Of a stretch of DNA of 64,000 nt, positions 1-12,432 are shown one piece after another. Location: contig JAGIQG010000015.1 of NCBI GenBank assembly GCA_024679065.1, positions 73,098,001 to 73,162,000 of the forward strand, given 5' to 3'. The position numbers were made by a program, and so were the translations under genes. The notes below the pieces were generated by a model. It did no database searches, had not been told where the DNA came from, and was given only the letters and a program-made list of their open reading frames with translations. This DNA comes from Sphyrna mokarran. Taxonomy: Eukaryota. Each line of letters begins with the position of its first letter. Positions within the stretch are counted from its first letter, which is position 1.

Positions 1-251
1 CGGCTGAATTCCAGGACATTTCTGCATGTCCTTTTGTGAGTCATAGAAATACGAAGGCATTGCCGTCAGTCGACACAAGTAAATTTATTCATTTCAGAGC
101 AATTGGAACTTTTAATAATGGGATGTGGTGTGTTTGGCAGCACCAGCATTTGTGTTGGTCTCAAATTATCCTTCAGAATAGGATATCATTTTTATTTTTC
201 CTATTTCAGATAGACATATAGTAATTGTATTGCGCTGTAATGTTTTTGTAG

Positions 252-363
252 GGAAAAGTTGTCTCAGCATGACACACTGGATGTTCCATCAAGAAGCACT
301 ACAAGAGTATATCCTACTGTGTTGTCAGAATTCCACTGGAGGACTGCTTGACAAGCCTGGCAA
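252..363 (+). CDS. FNTB: Protein farnesyltransferase subunit beta, internal coding exon (third from last)
   Basis: Flanked by tttttgtag and gtgagt. 112 nt, translating (G)KSCLSMTHWMFHQEALQEYILLCCQNSTGGLLDKPG(K), which matches vertebrate FNTB LSMSHWMFHQQALQEYILMCCQCPAGGLLDKPGK. Phase joins the next exon. Confidence 0.96.
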
Positions 364-829
364 GTGAGTGGTAATTTTATTCTGGTTTCACAGTACCATG
401 TCACTTTGGATGCTCTCACCGGTTTCTGACTGCTTTTAAATACTAATTGGAGATGTATCCTTAATGAGTGGCTGTGGTCAAGCTGTCTCCTTGACAGCTC
501 GATTGTGGGATGAACTGTAGCGTAGGTCAGGAGAAACTTTACTTGGGAGAGGAGACAGGTTTTATGATTTTGTGACATGCTGTGCTATTGAAGCATGAGC
601 AAGAATTACTATGAAAGATCAGGCTGTCTTGGTTCGTTGTCAGACAAGAATGATGTGCATTGATTCATCGCACAGCATGTTTTAAAATTGCTCCCTCAAC
701 ATTTAGTTACACCCTGAGCATCACTTCTGAGTTGTGACAGACTATTTTCTGTTCGAGTTTTTTTTTGTTGTCAATGTTTGAATATCTATCTTGCTAACTG
801 GATCCTGCTGTTCAACACAAAGAACAAAG

Positions 830-1095
830 CGGCATGGTAGCACAGTGGTTACCACTGGGTTCGATTCCTGGTTCGGGTTTGCACGTTCTCCCCATGTCTG
901 CATGGGTTTCCTCCAGGTGCTTTGGTTTCCTTCCATTGTCCAAAGATGCGCAGGTTTGATTGATTGGCCATGCAAAATTGCCTCTTATTATCAGGGTAAA
1001 TATGTGGGGCTACGGGATAAGAACCCGGAGGGATTGTGGTCAGTGCAGACTCAATGGACTGAATAGCCTCCTGCTGTACTGTAGAGATTCTATGA
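830..1095 (+). mobile_element. HE1/V-type SINE with CR1/HER1-like tail
   Basis: tRNA-like head (cacagtggtta...ggttcgattcc), V-core (ttctccccatgtctgcatgggtttcctcc) and tail gcagactcaatggactgaatagcctcc. Confidence 0.8.
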
Positions 1096-1635
1096 AAAGC
1101 ATAGGAACAGGCTGTTCGGCCTTCCAAGCACTACTGATCATGATGCCCCAATTAAATTTTAAAAAAAACCTTCTGCCCTTAATTAGGCCATATCCCTCTC
1201 TTTATGTACCCAAACAGATGTCTGTTGTCACTAATGTGCCTGTTGCCACTCCCCGTTTCTGGTAGGTGTTCTGTGCACCCACTACTTGCCCTGCACATCT
1301 CCCTTGAACTCTCCTCTTCCACCCACCACCCCCACCCCTCCCCCCCCCGCCTCCCACTCTCCTACTCCCTCACTCCCTGCCGCTCCCCCAACTCCTCACC
1401 TCGAACCTGTGCTTTCTTATAACAGACACTTCCATCTACGGAAAAAGCCTCTGACTATCCAAACTCTCTATTTCTATCATAATTTTGTAGACCTCCTATC
1501 AGGTCTCCCCTCAGTCTCTGTCTTTCCAATGAAAGCAATCCTAATTTATTCAACCCCTCCTCATAGTCAACACCCTCGAGGCCAGGCAACATCCTGCTGA
1601 ACCCTCTTTGCACTCTCTCCAAAGCTTTCACGTCA
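1096..1635 (-). mobile_element. CR1/HER1 LINE 3' fragment
   Basis: ORF 1455-1670 reads DVKALERVQRGFSRMLPGLEGVDYEEGLNKLGLLSLERQRLRGDLI, the CR1 ORF2 C-terminus. Confidence 0.85.
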
Positions 1636-2034
1636 GGCGCACGTCCCAGGGTACTAGTCAGGCTTATCAAGTTTGTTCATTTGGTGGTTTTTTTCACTTC
1701 CAAGATGGCTTCAGCTACAAAATTTTTTCAAATTTTTACGTTTTACTACAAAAACATCTTAAATAGACATTTAAATCAGCAAATTGCTACAAGCAATTGT
1801 GCAAACTAGCTATAGAAATGCATCATCCATTTTATTCAGATGGAAATCAGAGAAACAGGGTACCTGTAGTTTAAATAATGCAGCAGTAATCTGCAGTAAA
1901 ACAAACTAGTTCCAATATTTGTAAAAGAAAGTACAATCTCAGGCCTTTGGTGTCAATTAATACCAGGTATAATCTGATAGTTTGCTGACATGATAACTGT
2001 TGAACCAAGTGTATCAGCATAATGAGTCTTTTCA

Positions 2035-2360
2035 TAGAATCACATCGTAGAATCCCTACAGTGCAGAAAGAGGCCATTTGACCCATCAAGTCTGCACTGA
2101 CAACACCCTGCCCTATCCCCATAACCCCACATACTTACCCTGCTAATCCCCATGACGCTAAGAGGGAATTTAACATGGCCAATCCATCTAACTTCCATAT
2201 CTTTGGGTGCTCTAGTTTCCTTCCATATTGCAGAGGAAACCCACATTCTCCCACACGAGGAGAACACACAAACTCCCTATCGACAATGACCCAAGGCTGG
2301 AATTGAACCTGGGTCTCTGGCACTGTGAGGCAGCAGTGCTAATCACTGTGTCTCAGTGCC
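2035..2360 (-). mobile_element. HE1/V-type SINE
   Basis: Reverse complement of head, core and tail. Confidence 0.8.
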
Positions 2361-2429
2361 ATCTCAATTTCTCTCCTGTTCAACCAGTGGCCACCTTCAG
2401 CCTCACAATAGATCTGACGAAGGAGACTT

Positions 2430-3030
2430 TTGATTTGAATTGATTTACTATTGTCACATGTATTTGTAACAGTGAAAAGTATTGTTTCTTGTGTGCTACA
2501 CAGACAAAGCATACTATGCGTAGAGAAGGAAAGGAGAAGGTGCAAAGTATAGTGTTACAGTCATAGCTAGGATGTAGAGAAGGATTAACTTAATGCAAGG
2601 TAGGTGCATTCAAAAGTCTGATGGCAGCAGGGAAGAAGCTGTTCTTGACTCAGTTGGTACGTGACCTCAGGTTTTTGTACATTTTTCCCCATTGGATAAA
2701 GATGGAAGAGAGAATGTCTGGGGTACATGGGGACCTTCATTATGCTGGCTGCTTTTCCAAGGCAGCGGGAAGTGTAGACAGTGTCTGTGGATGGGAGGCT
2801 GGTTTGCGTGATGATCAGGCTTCATTCATGATCCTTTGTAGTTTCTTGCAGTCTTGGGCAGAGCACGAGCCACACTGAATACAACCAAAAGGAATGCTTT
2901 CTGTGGTGCATCTCTGAGGTTTGTAGCAGACATGCCAAATTTCGTTACTCTCCTGAGAAAGAAAACATGTTGGTGGCCTTTCTTAATTATAGTCTCGGCA
3001 TGGGGGGACCATTGAAGGTCTTGACCATTT
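2430..3030 (-). mobile_element. Rex1/Babar-like LINE 3' fragment
   Basis: Peptide WSPHAETIIKKGHQHVFFLRRVTKFGMS (compare KKAQQRLYFLRRLRKF); tail tgtgacaatagtaaatcaa. Confidence 0.7.
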
Positions 3031-3178
3031 CTACTTGACAACTAGAGGCGTTGAACGTGGGCCGTTGGACACGTTAGCTTTTGTGGACCAAATGGTGAGA
3101 GTCCATACTTCAATACTTGCGATGTTGAACCTCATTTTATGTATTCCCCCCACTCTCCCTGACCCCTCATTCCTACAG

Positions 3179-3293
3179 ATCAAGGGATTTTTACCACACC
3201 TGCTACTGTCTAAGTGGGCTTTCGGTGGCTCAACACTTTGGTGGTGGAGACCTGCTGCACGAAGTCATTGTGGGTGATGAAAACAACCGGCTG
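3179..3293 (+). CDS. FNTB: Protein farnesyltransferase subunit beta, penultimate coding exon
   Basis: Flanked by cctacag and gtaagt. 115 nt, SRDFYHTCYCLSGLSVAQHFGGGDLLHEVIVGDENNRL. Contains the DFYHTCY motif with the zinc-ligand histidine. Confidence 0.97.
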
Positions 3294-3644
3294 GTAAGTG
3301 ATGTTTGGTTGGTAGAGGAATTGTGGGGCAAGTAAACTAACTCTGAAAGGATGGCCTTGAAATTAACAATAAATGTTGTTGGAAAGTTATAGTAAGTAAT
3401 AGAGTTCAAAATATTTTCCCATTGTTGTTTTTAACCTAACGTTTGTGCTGTTTTTAACAATATTGCCATGAATAACGATAATTTTAACATAGACTGACAT
3501 TTGCCAAACCCTAATTATGTACTGGATCCTCCCAAATTGTAGTCTGCTTCTCCTGATATAGTTAGCCACTCAGCATAGTTTTGTATCTAAGATGGATACT
3601 AGCACTCGTTTAAGATGAAGTATTTCAGGCATAACTTTAAAAAA

Positions 3645-3930
3645 AAATGTATTTATCAGTATCACGGGTAGGCTTACATTAACACTGCAATGAAGTTACT
3701 GTGAAAGTCCCGTGGTCGCCACAGTCCAGTGCCTGTTTGGCTACACTGAGGGAGAATTTAGCATGGCCAATGCATCTAACCCACATGTCTCCTGGACTGT
3801 GGGAGGAAACCTACGCAGACATGGGGAGAACGTGCAGACTCCAAGCTGACGGTGACCCAAGCCGGGAATCGAACCCGGGTCCCTGGTGCTGGGAGGCAGC
3901 AGTGCTAATCACTGTGCCACCGTGCTGCCC
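3645..3930 (-). mobile_element. V-type SINE with alternative (type B) tail
   Basis: Same head and core; tail ...cacagtaacttcattgcagtgttaatgtaagcctac. A similar copy lies at about 4400-4650. Confidence 0.75.
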
Positions 3931-4689
3931 AATACTGAGCAATATGGCTGTACAAATGTGAGGAATTCCTCCATCGTAACCCTCAACACAAGTTTAAGGC
4001 AAGAACTTTCTGTCTGTTCAGCTGAGAACTGTTTCCACCTCATTGACTTTTTAATCACCTCAGCAGCAAATCTTCAATCTAAACAACAGTCATTAAAGCT
4101 CTTGATTTACAGCCACTTATTTTAAGTTTTAAGTTTTTATTTATTAGTATCACAGGTAAGCTTACATTAACATTGCAATGAAGTAGGGGATTTCAACCCA
4201 CAAATTAAGAAGAATAAATACAATATAAACGGTATGGGATGTGCAGAATTAAGTTATATTCAGGATTTTTTTTAAGCAGTATGTGACAAACCCAATCAGA
4301 GAAGGGACAATTCTGACACACATTTTAAGAAACAAATCTGGGCAGGGGTATGGAGGAAAGAGGACTTTGGTGGCAGTGATTGTAGTTTGGTTAGATTGAT
4401 ATTAATGTCACAAGTAGGGTAACATTAACAATGCAATGAAGTTACCCAAGTCACCACACTCCAGTACTTCATGTACACTGAGAGAGAACTTAGCACCAAA
4501 TGCGCCAAACCAACACATTTTGTTTTAACTGTGGGAGGAAACTGAACACCTGGAGAAAACCCATGCAGACATGAAGAGAACGTGCAGACTGTGCACAGAT
4601 GGAGACCGAAGCCAGGAATTGAACCGAGATCTCTGGTGCTGAGACAGCTGTGCGGTCATATAGATCAGGTTAAGGCTTGGAATTCTGAT

Positions 4690-4965
4690 CAAGGGTTTGA
4701 GCACACAACCTTAATCTTACATTCCAATGCAGAACTGATGGAGTAAGCAATCCCATGCACCGTTTCAATGAAGCGCAGAGAATTTATCCCTGATGTCACC
4801 ACCAGCATTTATCCCTCAATCGACATCATTTTTAAAAATCCGACCACTTTGCTGCTTCTGGAGCTTGCTGTGAATACATTTGAGTGCGTTACAGAAGTAA
4901 CTTCACTTCAAATGCACTTCATTGGCTGAAAAGTGCTTTGGGATGTCCTAAGATCATAAATGTTC
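4690..4965 (+). mobile_element. Old Deu-domain-like SINE (SacSINE1/AmnSINE-related)
   Basis: catttatccctcaatcgacatc...cacttcaaatgcacttcattggctgaaaagtgctttgggatgtcc. Related copies at about 11075-11340(-), 21610-22010(-) and 61290-61560(-). Family name from recognition. Confidence 0.5.
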
Positions 4966-4974
4966 TGTAAATGT

Positions 4975-5260
4975 GTAACGTTTGCACATTCTCTCCGTGT
5001 CTGTGTGGGTTTCCTCCCACATTCCAAAGATGTGCAGGTTAGGTGGATTGGCCATGCTAAATTGTCCTTTAGTATTGGGTAAATAAGTGGGGTTATGGGG
5101 ATGGGGCCAAGGTGGGATTGTTGTCAGTATGGGGCTTGATAGGAAGGGAATAGAGGGATACGGGTGAGCTGAGTAAGGGCAGAAAGTTTTTTTTAGTAGA
5201 GGTTTTGTGATCGGCACAGGCTTGGAGGGCCAAAGAGCCTGTTCCTATGCTGCACTTTGC
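4975..5260 (+). mobile_element. HE1/V-type SINE, 5'-truncated
   Basis: V-core and CR1-like tail immediately upstream of the last FNTB exon. Confidence 0.7.
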
Positions 5261-5295
5261 TTTATATATTGTAAAATACCTCTATTTTTCAACAG

Positions 5296-5400
5296 GAACC
5301 AATCCATCCAGTGTACAACATTGGTCCCAAAAAAGTAGCACAAGCTGTTATGCACTTCCTCAAGTTGCCAGTTCCACAGATGAAGAATAGTTCGAATTAA
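5296..5400 (+). CDS. FNTB: Protein farnesyltransferase subunit beta, last coding exon
   Basis: Acceptor tttttcaacag, then EPIHPVYNIGPKKVAQAVMHFLKLPVPQMKNSSN and TAA. Matches the FNTB C-terminus (PTHPVYNIGPDKVIQA..FLQKPVP). Confidence 0.95.
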   Translation, partial: EPIHPVYNIGPKKVAQAVMHFLKLPVPQMKNSSN

Positions 5401-5736
5401 ATTCATTATGCATTCAAAATAATTAAGTTGTGTAACCCGAGTGCTAAGAATTGTGGTTTGCAAGGTAAAATGATTCATTGTGACGCAGGAACCAGTATCA
5501 AGTTGTTTGCTTCTTACGACAGCAGAGAAACAAAAGAGCCATCAGCACTGCCTAAGCTGTGGCTTGACTAGACCAGTCAATGTTCAACAACTTGCTTCTG
5601 AATGCTGCAGGAACAGAGACTGGTGTCTGTGAAGCATCCTTCATTCCGTGACTGAATCTCAGAGAAATGAGCAGGGATTGGTGTACATAGAGCACTGTGC
5701 TTTTTACTGGCTTCGGAAGTAATTTATCACAGTTGC

Positions 5737-5742
5737 AATAAA
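5737..5742 (+). terminator. Candidate proximal FNTB poly(A) signal
   Basis: AATAAA about 340 nt after the stop, followed by T-rich sequence. Further AATAAA copies lie at about 7056, 7260 and 7904. Confidence 0.4.
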
Positions 5743-8009
5743 AGTAATCTTTCCAAGCATTTTCATTTGGTCTGGATTAATTTTCAATCTTTCAGAACGG
5801 TTTTTTGCGCTTTTTCCAAAGAAAAGAATCATGTTGCGTATCTGCAGAAAATGTATCAAACTTGGTTTGAACAGTTCACTATAGTCTGCAAATCAGCATA
5901 TCATAATAAAATGGGCTTAACGGAGAGAATCGACAGTTGTAGGACCTTTTACTATATGTGAGAATCATGTTGAGAAGGCAAAGTAATCGTTTCATTAAAG
6001 TTTGCCATCACGTTTTGTGCCGTGTGAGGGGCCTCCAGCACTGCTCAATGAAGAGAAGTGCAAGATTACTTGAGATTCTCCTGGCCTCCCAGCTGCATGT
6101 TTCCCAACAAGAGTGGTGGAATTCTCTGGTCCTGCCGCTGTCGATGGGAATTCCCACTAATGCCACCTCATGACAGCAGGACCAGTGAATCCTGCCAGCA
6201 TGAATGGCCAGAGAATTCTGGGTGCACACTTGTATCACCCAACGCTGTTCGCACCACTCTACACACATGTTGCAAAATATAGATGACTCAGATGTTTGAG
6301 AAATTGTCCAAGTTTCTAAGCAGCTGTGTCTCCTGGAACTTGAAAGATGTGGATATCACTCCATCAATCCCAACCGTTCAAATTATGGTCAGGCTATAGA
6401 ATTGTTCCTGTATGCATGTAGTACCGTGCTCTTTGTCAAACGGAAAGATGTTATATTGTGAGGATTATGGTTTTCTAGTTGCAGCTGACAGTATTTGCTG
6501 AATGTGATTGCAATTTCCCCCCCCTCTTCACAAAGCATTAGTTGTGAAGTCACGTTAACAAATAAGTGCCTAACCTTCACTTGGTGCCTCCTCAGTATAC
6601 TTTGCCTGCGATTCCAATCCTCCTGCACCCACAGCTGGGTGTATTATGTGCTGAGTTTAAAACCTTTCTTCTTGGCTTTCTTGGCTAACTTATTCTCAAC
6701 GGTTTGATTGTAACTCTAAATATTGAACTTCCATATTTGGTTCTGACCATTAAGTTGATATTTATCCGCATCCTTTTTAAAAACATGTACATGCTCTCTG
6801 AAAATGATGACAAATGCATTGTCATTTGCATTTTGGTTTGCTTGCCATTGGAATTCGGCTTCATTCAGTTTGTAAACAATGACTGACGTGACGTATTTCT
6901 TTTTCTTAAAGTCAAAATTGATGTTGTTGTAACATGACAAGTAAAGATGCAAACTGATTTATTGAAATGAAACGTTTGCTCAGACATTGTGACCTTGTCT
7001 GCCTTTTTTTCCAACAAAGCAGTGCGATTTTTATATCTTTTTTTGATTGATTAAAAATAAAGTCGAGTAAAATATTGCAATTGTTTTGAATTTCTAATCT
7101 TGCTGATAAACGGTTTATATTTTGATATCTGAATCAGAGAGGGTGAACCAGCTCTTAAAATAACATCAGCTGTGATAGGACAAAGGTTAGCACCAAAGTA
7201 ACACCACAGCAACACTTCTGTTACAGCTTTTTATACCTTGTCCTTGTCTGACATACGTTAATAAAAGTTGACATTTTTGCTCGGTGCAAAGCTTGGTCTG
7301 TATTTTGTAGCTGTAATCTTATCAAAGCTATCAGTGTTAAAAGCTGTAAGAGATTCCCAGTGCTCCCTGACTGTTGTTGCAGTTTCCACAGATGAAATCC
7401 TTAGAAATGGCTTGAATTGACAAGAGCATCCACTGATGCCAAAGCAAAATACTGTGTATGTTGGAAATCCAAAATAAAAATAGAAAACGTTGGAAATATT
7501 CAGCTTGTGTCTGTGAAGAGAAATCTCAAGTCAATGACTTTTCATGAATTCAGTCCGATAATTTTGTACTTTTACACACTCGTTGTTGAATGAAGTGTAA
7601 CTGGTTTTTTTTTTTAAACAGTGCACCAAGTTCACAATTACTTCTGAACAACCTCTCTGATCCTGAAAAACTACAGAATCTTTACTTTCTCATGATATAA
7701 ATGCTGTAGGTTTTTAATAATTATTTTAAAGTTTGTTTATGATATTTCTGCCACTATTTTAATTCCCAGTCTAAGTCCTGATCTTTATTTTGATTTGTAA
7801 AATGGTTAAAAAGTGAAAAATAATCAGTACATTTTATTTCAATTTGTGAACTTTGTACTGTAACACACGTGGTGCAATTTTTATACCTTTTTGACTGATT
7901 TAAAATAAAATCATGCAAAATATTGCATCTGTTTTGAATTTCTAATCTTGCTTAGATCTTAAATCTAGAAATTGTAGTTTTTGTCCACTATGGTTGACAG
8001 GGCTCAAAC

Positions 8010-9060
8010 GTGCCTGACCCAATCTCTAGGCCACTGCTCGCACCTCTCTCCTCCCTCCCAAAACCAGGACAGGTCCCCTTTTGTCATCCTATCCTCCTCT
8101 GCATTCAAAGAATCATCCTGTGCTTTTCTGCCAACTCCAACATGATGTTACCACTCAACACATCTTCCCTCAGTCTCCCTGTCAGCATTCCTCAGGGATC
8201 CTTTCCTCCAGGATACAATGGTCCACTCGATCACATCCAACACTTCACCCACCAGCAATGGCACCTTTCCGTGCAATTGTAGAAGGTGCACCACCTGTCC
8301 CTTCATCTCTTCGATGTTCACATTCCGTGGCCCAAACATTCTTTTCAGGTGAAGCAGTACTTCACATACACCACCTTCAATCTGTTCTACTGCATTCGTT
8401 ATTCCCAGGACGGTCAACTTTACATCAGAGAGACCAAAAGCAGACTGAGTGACCGCTTTGCCGAACACTTTTGATGTGTCCGCGAGTAGGACCCAGACCT
8501 TCCTGTCACTTCAACATACCACCCTCCTCTTTGTCCACATGTGCATCCTTGACCTTTTGCAGTGTTCCAGTGAAGCCCAATGCAAACTGGAGGCACACCA
8601 CCTCATCTGATTAGACACTTTACAGCCTTCCAGACTAAACACTGAGTTCAACAACTTCAGAGCATGAACTTTCTCCTCCATCTCCATTCCATTTATTTTA
8701 TTTCATTTCTTCTTTTTTATTATTAGTTTATATTATTTTTTCCCCATTTCTAAAATTTGCCCAACCTCCAGGCCAACTGCTGCATTCCTGTATCTTTGTT
8801 CTGCCATTTACACATTCTGATCTCTTAATAGATGCTATTAGCACCATTCTTAGCCTTTATCACCACCATTTACATTGCCTTTGCCTTTGTCTTTTTGTCC
8901 ATGCCGTTCCTATCAATAACTCTCCTCTCACTTGCACAGTATGTAAATATTGTCCAATTTTCCTCATCTTCAGCTCTGACGAAGGGTCATCCAGACTTGA
9001 AACGTTGGCTCTATTCTCTTTCCACTGATGCTGAGATTTTCCAGCATTTCCTGTTTTTGA
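8010..9060 (+). mobile_element. Penelope-like retroelement remnant (GIY-YIG region and terminal repeat)
   Basis: Peptide FTYTTFNLFYCIRYSQDGQLYIRETKSRLSDRFAEH is a degenerate GIY-YIG endonuclease. The element ends in the ctgacgaagggtc...gaaacgttggctct terminus. Confidence 0.8.
8972..9010 (+). ncRNA. Minimal type I hammerhead ribozyme motif
   Basis: AGCT-CTGACGA-A-GGGTC-atcca-GACTT-GAAA-CGTT-GGCT: both catalytic boxes, stem II, a palindromic ACGT stem III and stem I. Confidence 0.6.
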
Positions 9061-9904
9061 TGTAGCACATTTTATTTCCTGGTAATGTCTGAAAATTCTT
9101 CAATCTGATTGGTCTGGTTAGCTGGTTTGTTGACATTAATGTTACTAGAGGATGAAAATTTCACCTAATTGAAAGCATGACCAAATTGGAGAAAAATGAA
9201 ATCCATGTCAGGGAAACTCCAATGACCACAAAAGCCAGGGTATTACCTGCTCAATAAACAAACATGACAGCTTTTGTGTCTTGTAGTTGAATTTTAAATT
9301 GAACTTGGGCAGAAATGCGGATCAAATCTGCTACACTTCCAGCAATTATAGTGAGCAAAGTAGATTAGTTTCAACATTTTCTGTTTTATATTTTGGATAT
9401 CGCACATCCACAGCATTTCGCAACTTGTCATGAAAACTTAAAATGGAGTAAATATCTGGCACTAGAGGATTTTCAGTATTAAGTCCCCAAAATTGAATAA
9501 AATAAAGCATGTTTTCAAAGAGATACCATTTATTCCGTCATATATCAACTTTGGTATTCAGACAGTATATTCAGCTTTTCATGTTCACCCAAATTTGGCT
9601 CTCAATTTCTTATCCAGTCAAGGCACTTTTTCCTTTTCAAGTTTTTTAAAAAAAAAACTCAAAATCTCAGATTCAAGAAATAGCTTTTTTTTTGAATAAA
9701 CAGTTAAAAATCCAAATGCCTGTTAAATAGTTCCAACCATCCTTAGGCAAATGTGGGAAGCATAAGAAAGGAAATAGGATACCAAAGATCAGGGTAATAT
9801 AAGGGGAAAGAAGGGAAAGCAAAAAATAAAGATGCTATACTTGAATATACAAAATATTTCAACAAAACACATGAATTAAGAATGTAATGCAATGTCTGTT
9901 ATAA

Positions 9905-10550
9905 GGCAGCACAGTGACCAGGACTGCTGCCTCAGGCAGGGATCTGGGTTTGAATACAGCACCCCGGTGACTGTGTGGTGTTTGCACGCTCTACTTGTGT
10001 CTATCGGGTTCCTTCAGGTGATCCAGTTTTTTCCCCCACAGGACAGCATGGTGGTACTGTGGTTAGCACTGCTATCACACACCGCCAGGAACTCAAGTTC
10101 GATTCCTGGCTTGGGTCACTATGCAGAGTCTGCATGTTCTCTCTGTGGCTGGGTGGATTTACTCCAGATGCTCTAATTTCCTCCCACAGTCCAAAAGACG
10201 TGCTGGTCAGGTTCACTGGCCATGTTAAATTCTTCCTCTGTGTACCCAAACAGGGTCCAGAATGTGCTGACTAGGGGATTTTCACAGTAACTTCATTTAC
10301 ATAGTAACTTGTAAATGTAAGTCTGCTTGTCAGAAATAAATGAACTTCAAACTTTTTAAGATGTGTAGATTGGGTATGCTAAATTACCCTTTAGTGTCTA
10401 AAGATGTCCTGATTAGGTGGATTCATCACTAAATGCATAGGATACTGGGCATAGGACAAGGGGTTGGGCCTAGGTAATTGCTCTTTCAGAGAGTTGGTAC
10501 AAACTCCACGGGTCAAATGGCTTCCTTCTGCAATCTAGCGATTCTAAGGA
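9905..10550 (+). mobile_element. Cluster of V-type SINEs (partial copy, type B copy, type A tail)
   Basis: Two tandem heads, a type B tail at about 10330, then a CR1-like tail. Confidence 0.7.
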
Positions 10551-11344
10551 GACGTATAGCAGAAAAAGCAAGATTGGGAATTACTATTCCAGGATACTTG
10601 AGAGAGGAAAATAAGATGGACCAAAGCCAGAAGAAAGGAAACTGACTTGGAAAATTAAGGTGCTGAATCAGTTTGAGTTGAGCTAAGAAGCAAGTGATTA
10701 TGGGCGTTCTAAAACTGTTGTCATCTCAGACAGACAATGAATCAGGAAATTAGAAATGTATATAATGAAGATTAAAATCCAGGGGCAGTCTAATTTTCAC
10801 ATATTCAAACGTACAAAATAGTAGTACTTAAAACTAGTTCCTCATACTGAAATATACAAAACAGTCCATTCGGCCCCTTGAGCCTGCCTCACTATTCACA
10901 GTTGTGTTCCAAATTCCACGTTCTCATCTACTCCCAATAACCTTTAATTTTCTTGCCAAAGAATTTATCTCCACTTTATAAATAATCAATGATATACCTC
11001 TACCACTTTCCGAACAGGGGCATTCGGCCTCCATGTAGTATCTTTGTATCCTCAAGTGTCCCTATCTCAATAGCTATTTTAGCACTGTTAAAGTATCATT
11101 AGTGTTGTGATGCAGGGAAATCCAATAACCACTTAAAGTTCCACAATAGCAATGAAACAATGGCCAGATTTTATTTTTAGTGATGGCTCCAGAATAACAC
11201 TTGGCCACATCCACACCACAAGGACAGACTGCACCTGTCTTGCAATTCCTATCCAAAAAGCATCACCTCTGATTGTACAGCACTCCAACAACTACTGCAG
11301 TGGAATGCTGGCATGAATGTTGCCCTTAAATTTCAGTGCAAGAC

Positions 11345-12250
11345 CATAACATAAGAGATAGGAGTAGAATTAGGCCATTCAGCCCATCGTGTCTGCTCCA
11401 TCATTTAATCATGGCTGATACTTTTCTCATCCCCATTCTCATGCTTTTTCCCCATAACATCTGATCCCCTTATTAATCAAGAGCTTATCTATCTGTCTTA
11501 AAGACACTCTGTGATCTGACCTCCACAGCCTTCTGTGGCAAAGAGTTCTACAGATTCACCACTCTCTGGCTGAAGAAATTCCTCCTCATCTCTGTTTCAA
11601 AGGATCACCCCTCTAGTGTGAGGTTGCACCCTCCAGTTCTGTTTCTTGCCTACTAGTAGAAACATCCTCTCCACATCTACTTCTTTCACACTTTGCAGTA
11701 GTCTGTAAGTTTGAATAAGATCCCCTATCATCTTCCTAAAACCCAATGAGTACAGACACAAAGTCCTCAACCGTTCATCACACAACAAGCTTTTCATTCC
11801 AGGGATCATTTTTGTGAATATCCTCTGGACGCTTTCCAAAGCCAGCCCATCCTTCCTAAAAACTGCTCATAATACTCCAAATGGGGTCTGACCAGAGCCT
11901 TATACTACCTGAAGTACATCCCTGCTCTTGCATTCTAGCCCTCCCAACATGAGTGCTAACATTGCATTTGCTTTCCTAACCACCGACTGAACCTGTACGT
12001 TAACCTTAAGAGAATCTTGAACAAGGCCTCCCAAATCCCTTAGTACTTGTGCTTCTGATTTCCAAAGCATTTCCCCATTTCGAAAATAGTCCAAGCCTCC
12101 ATTCCTCATTCCAAAGCGCATAACCTCATACTTTTCGACATTGTATTCCATCTGCCACTTTTTTGCCCACTCTCCTAACCTGTCCAAATCGTTCTGCAGC
12201 ATCCCCTTGCATCCCCATTTCCTCAATACTACCCTCTACATATCTGTGTA
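11345..12250 (-). mobile_element. CR1/HER1 LINE fragment (end of RT to 3' UTR)
   Basis: ORFs LQNDLDRLGEWAKKWQMEYNVEKYEVMRFG and ESVQRIFTKMIPGMKSL. Confidence 0.9.
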
Positions 12251-12305
12251 ATGAGACCTGGAACCTTGTGACCAAGGCAAGACACAGAGCCACAACTAAC
12301 ACAAA

Positions 12306-12432
12306 GGGTGGAACTTTCCAGCCACGCTCGCCCCAAAGGTGGAAAACTCCACCTGCGATCAATAGACCTTTGCATGATCTATGTCCCGCTCACTACATTT
12401 CTTGTGGCATACGGGACAGGAAAATTCTGCCC
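12306..12432. mobile_element. Short MITE-like element with GGG...CCC inverted termini
   Basis: Termini gggtggaactttcc and ggaaaattctgccc. Related copies at about 6115-6221, 47819-47923 and 58813-58939. Confidence 0.5.

Noticed and set aside
1320-1400. C-rich tract as a functional G-quadruplex
   Set aside because: It is a low-complexity insert within a CR1 remnant in an intron, with no supporting context.
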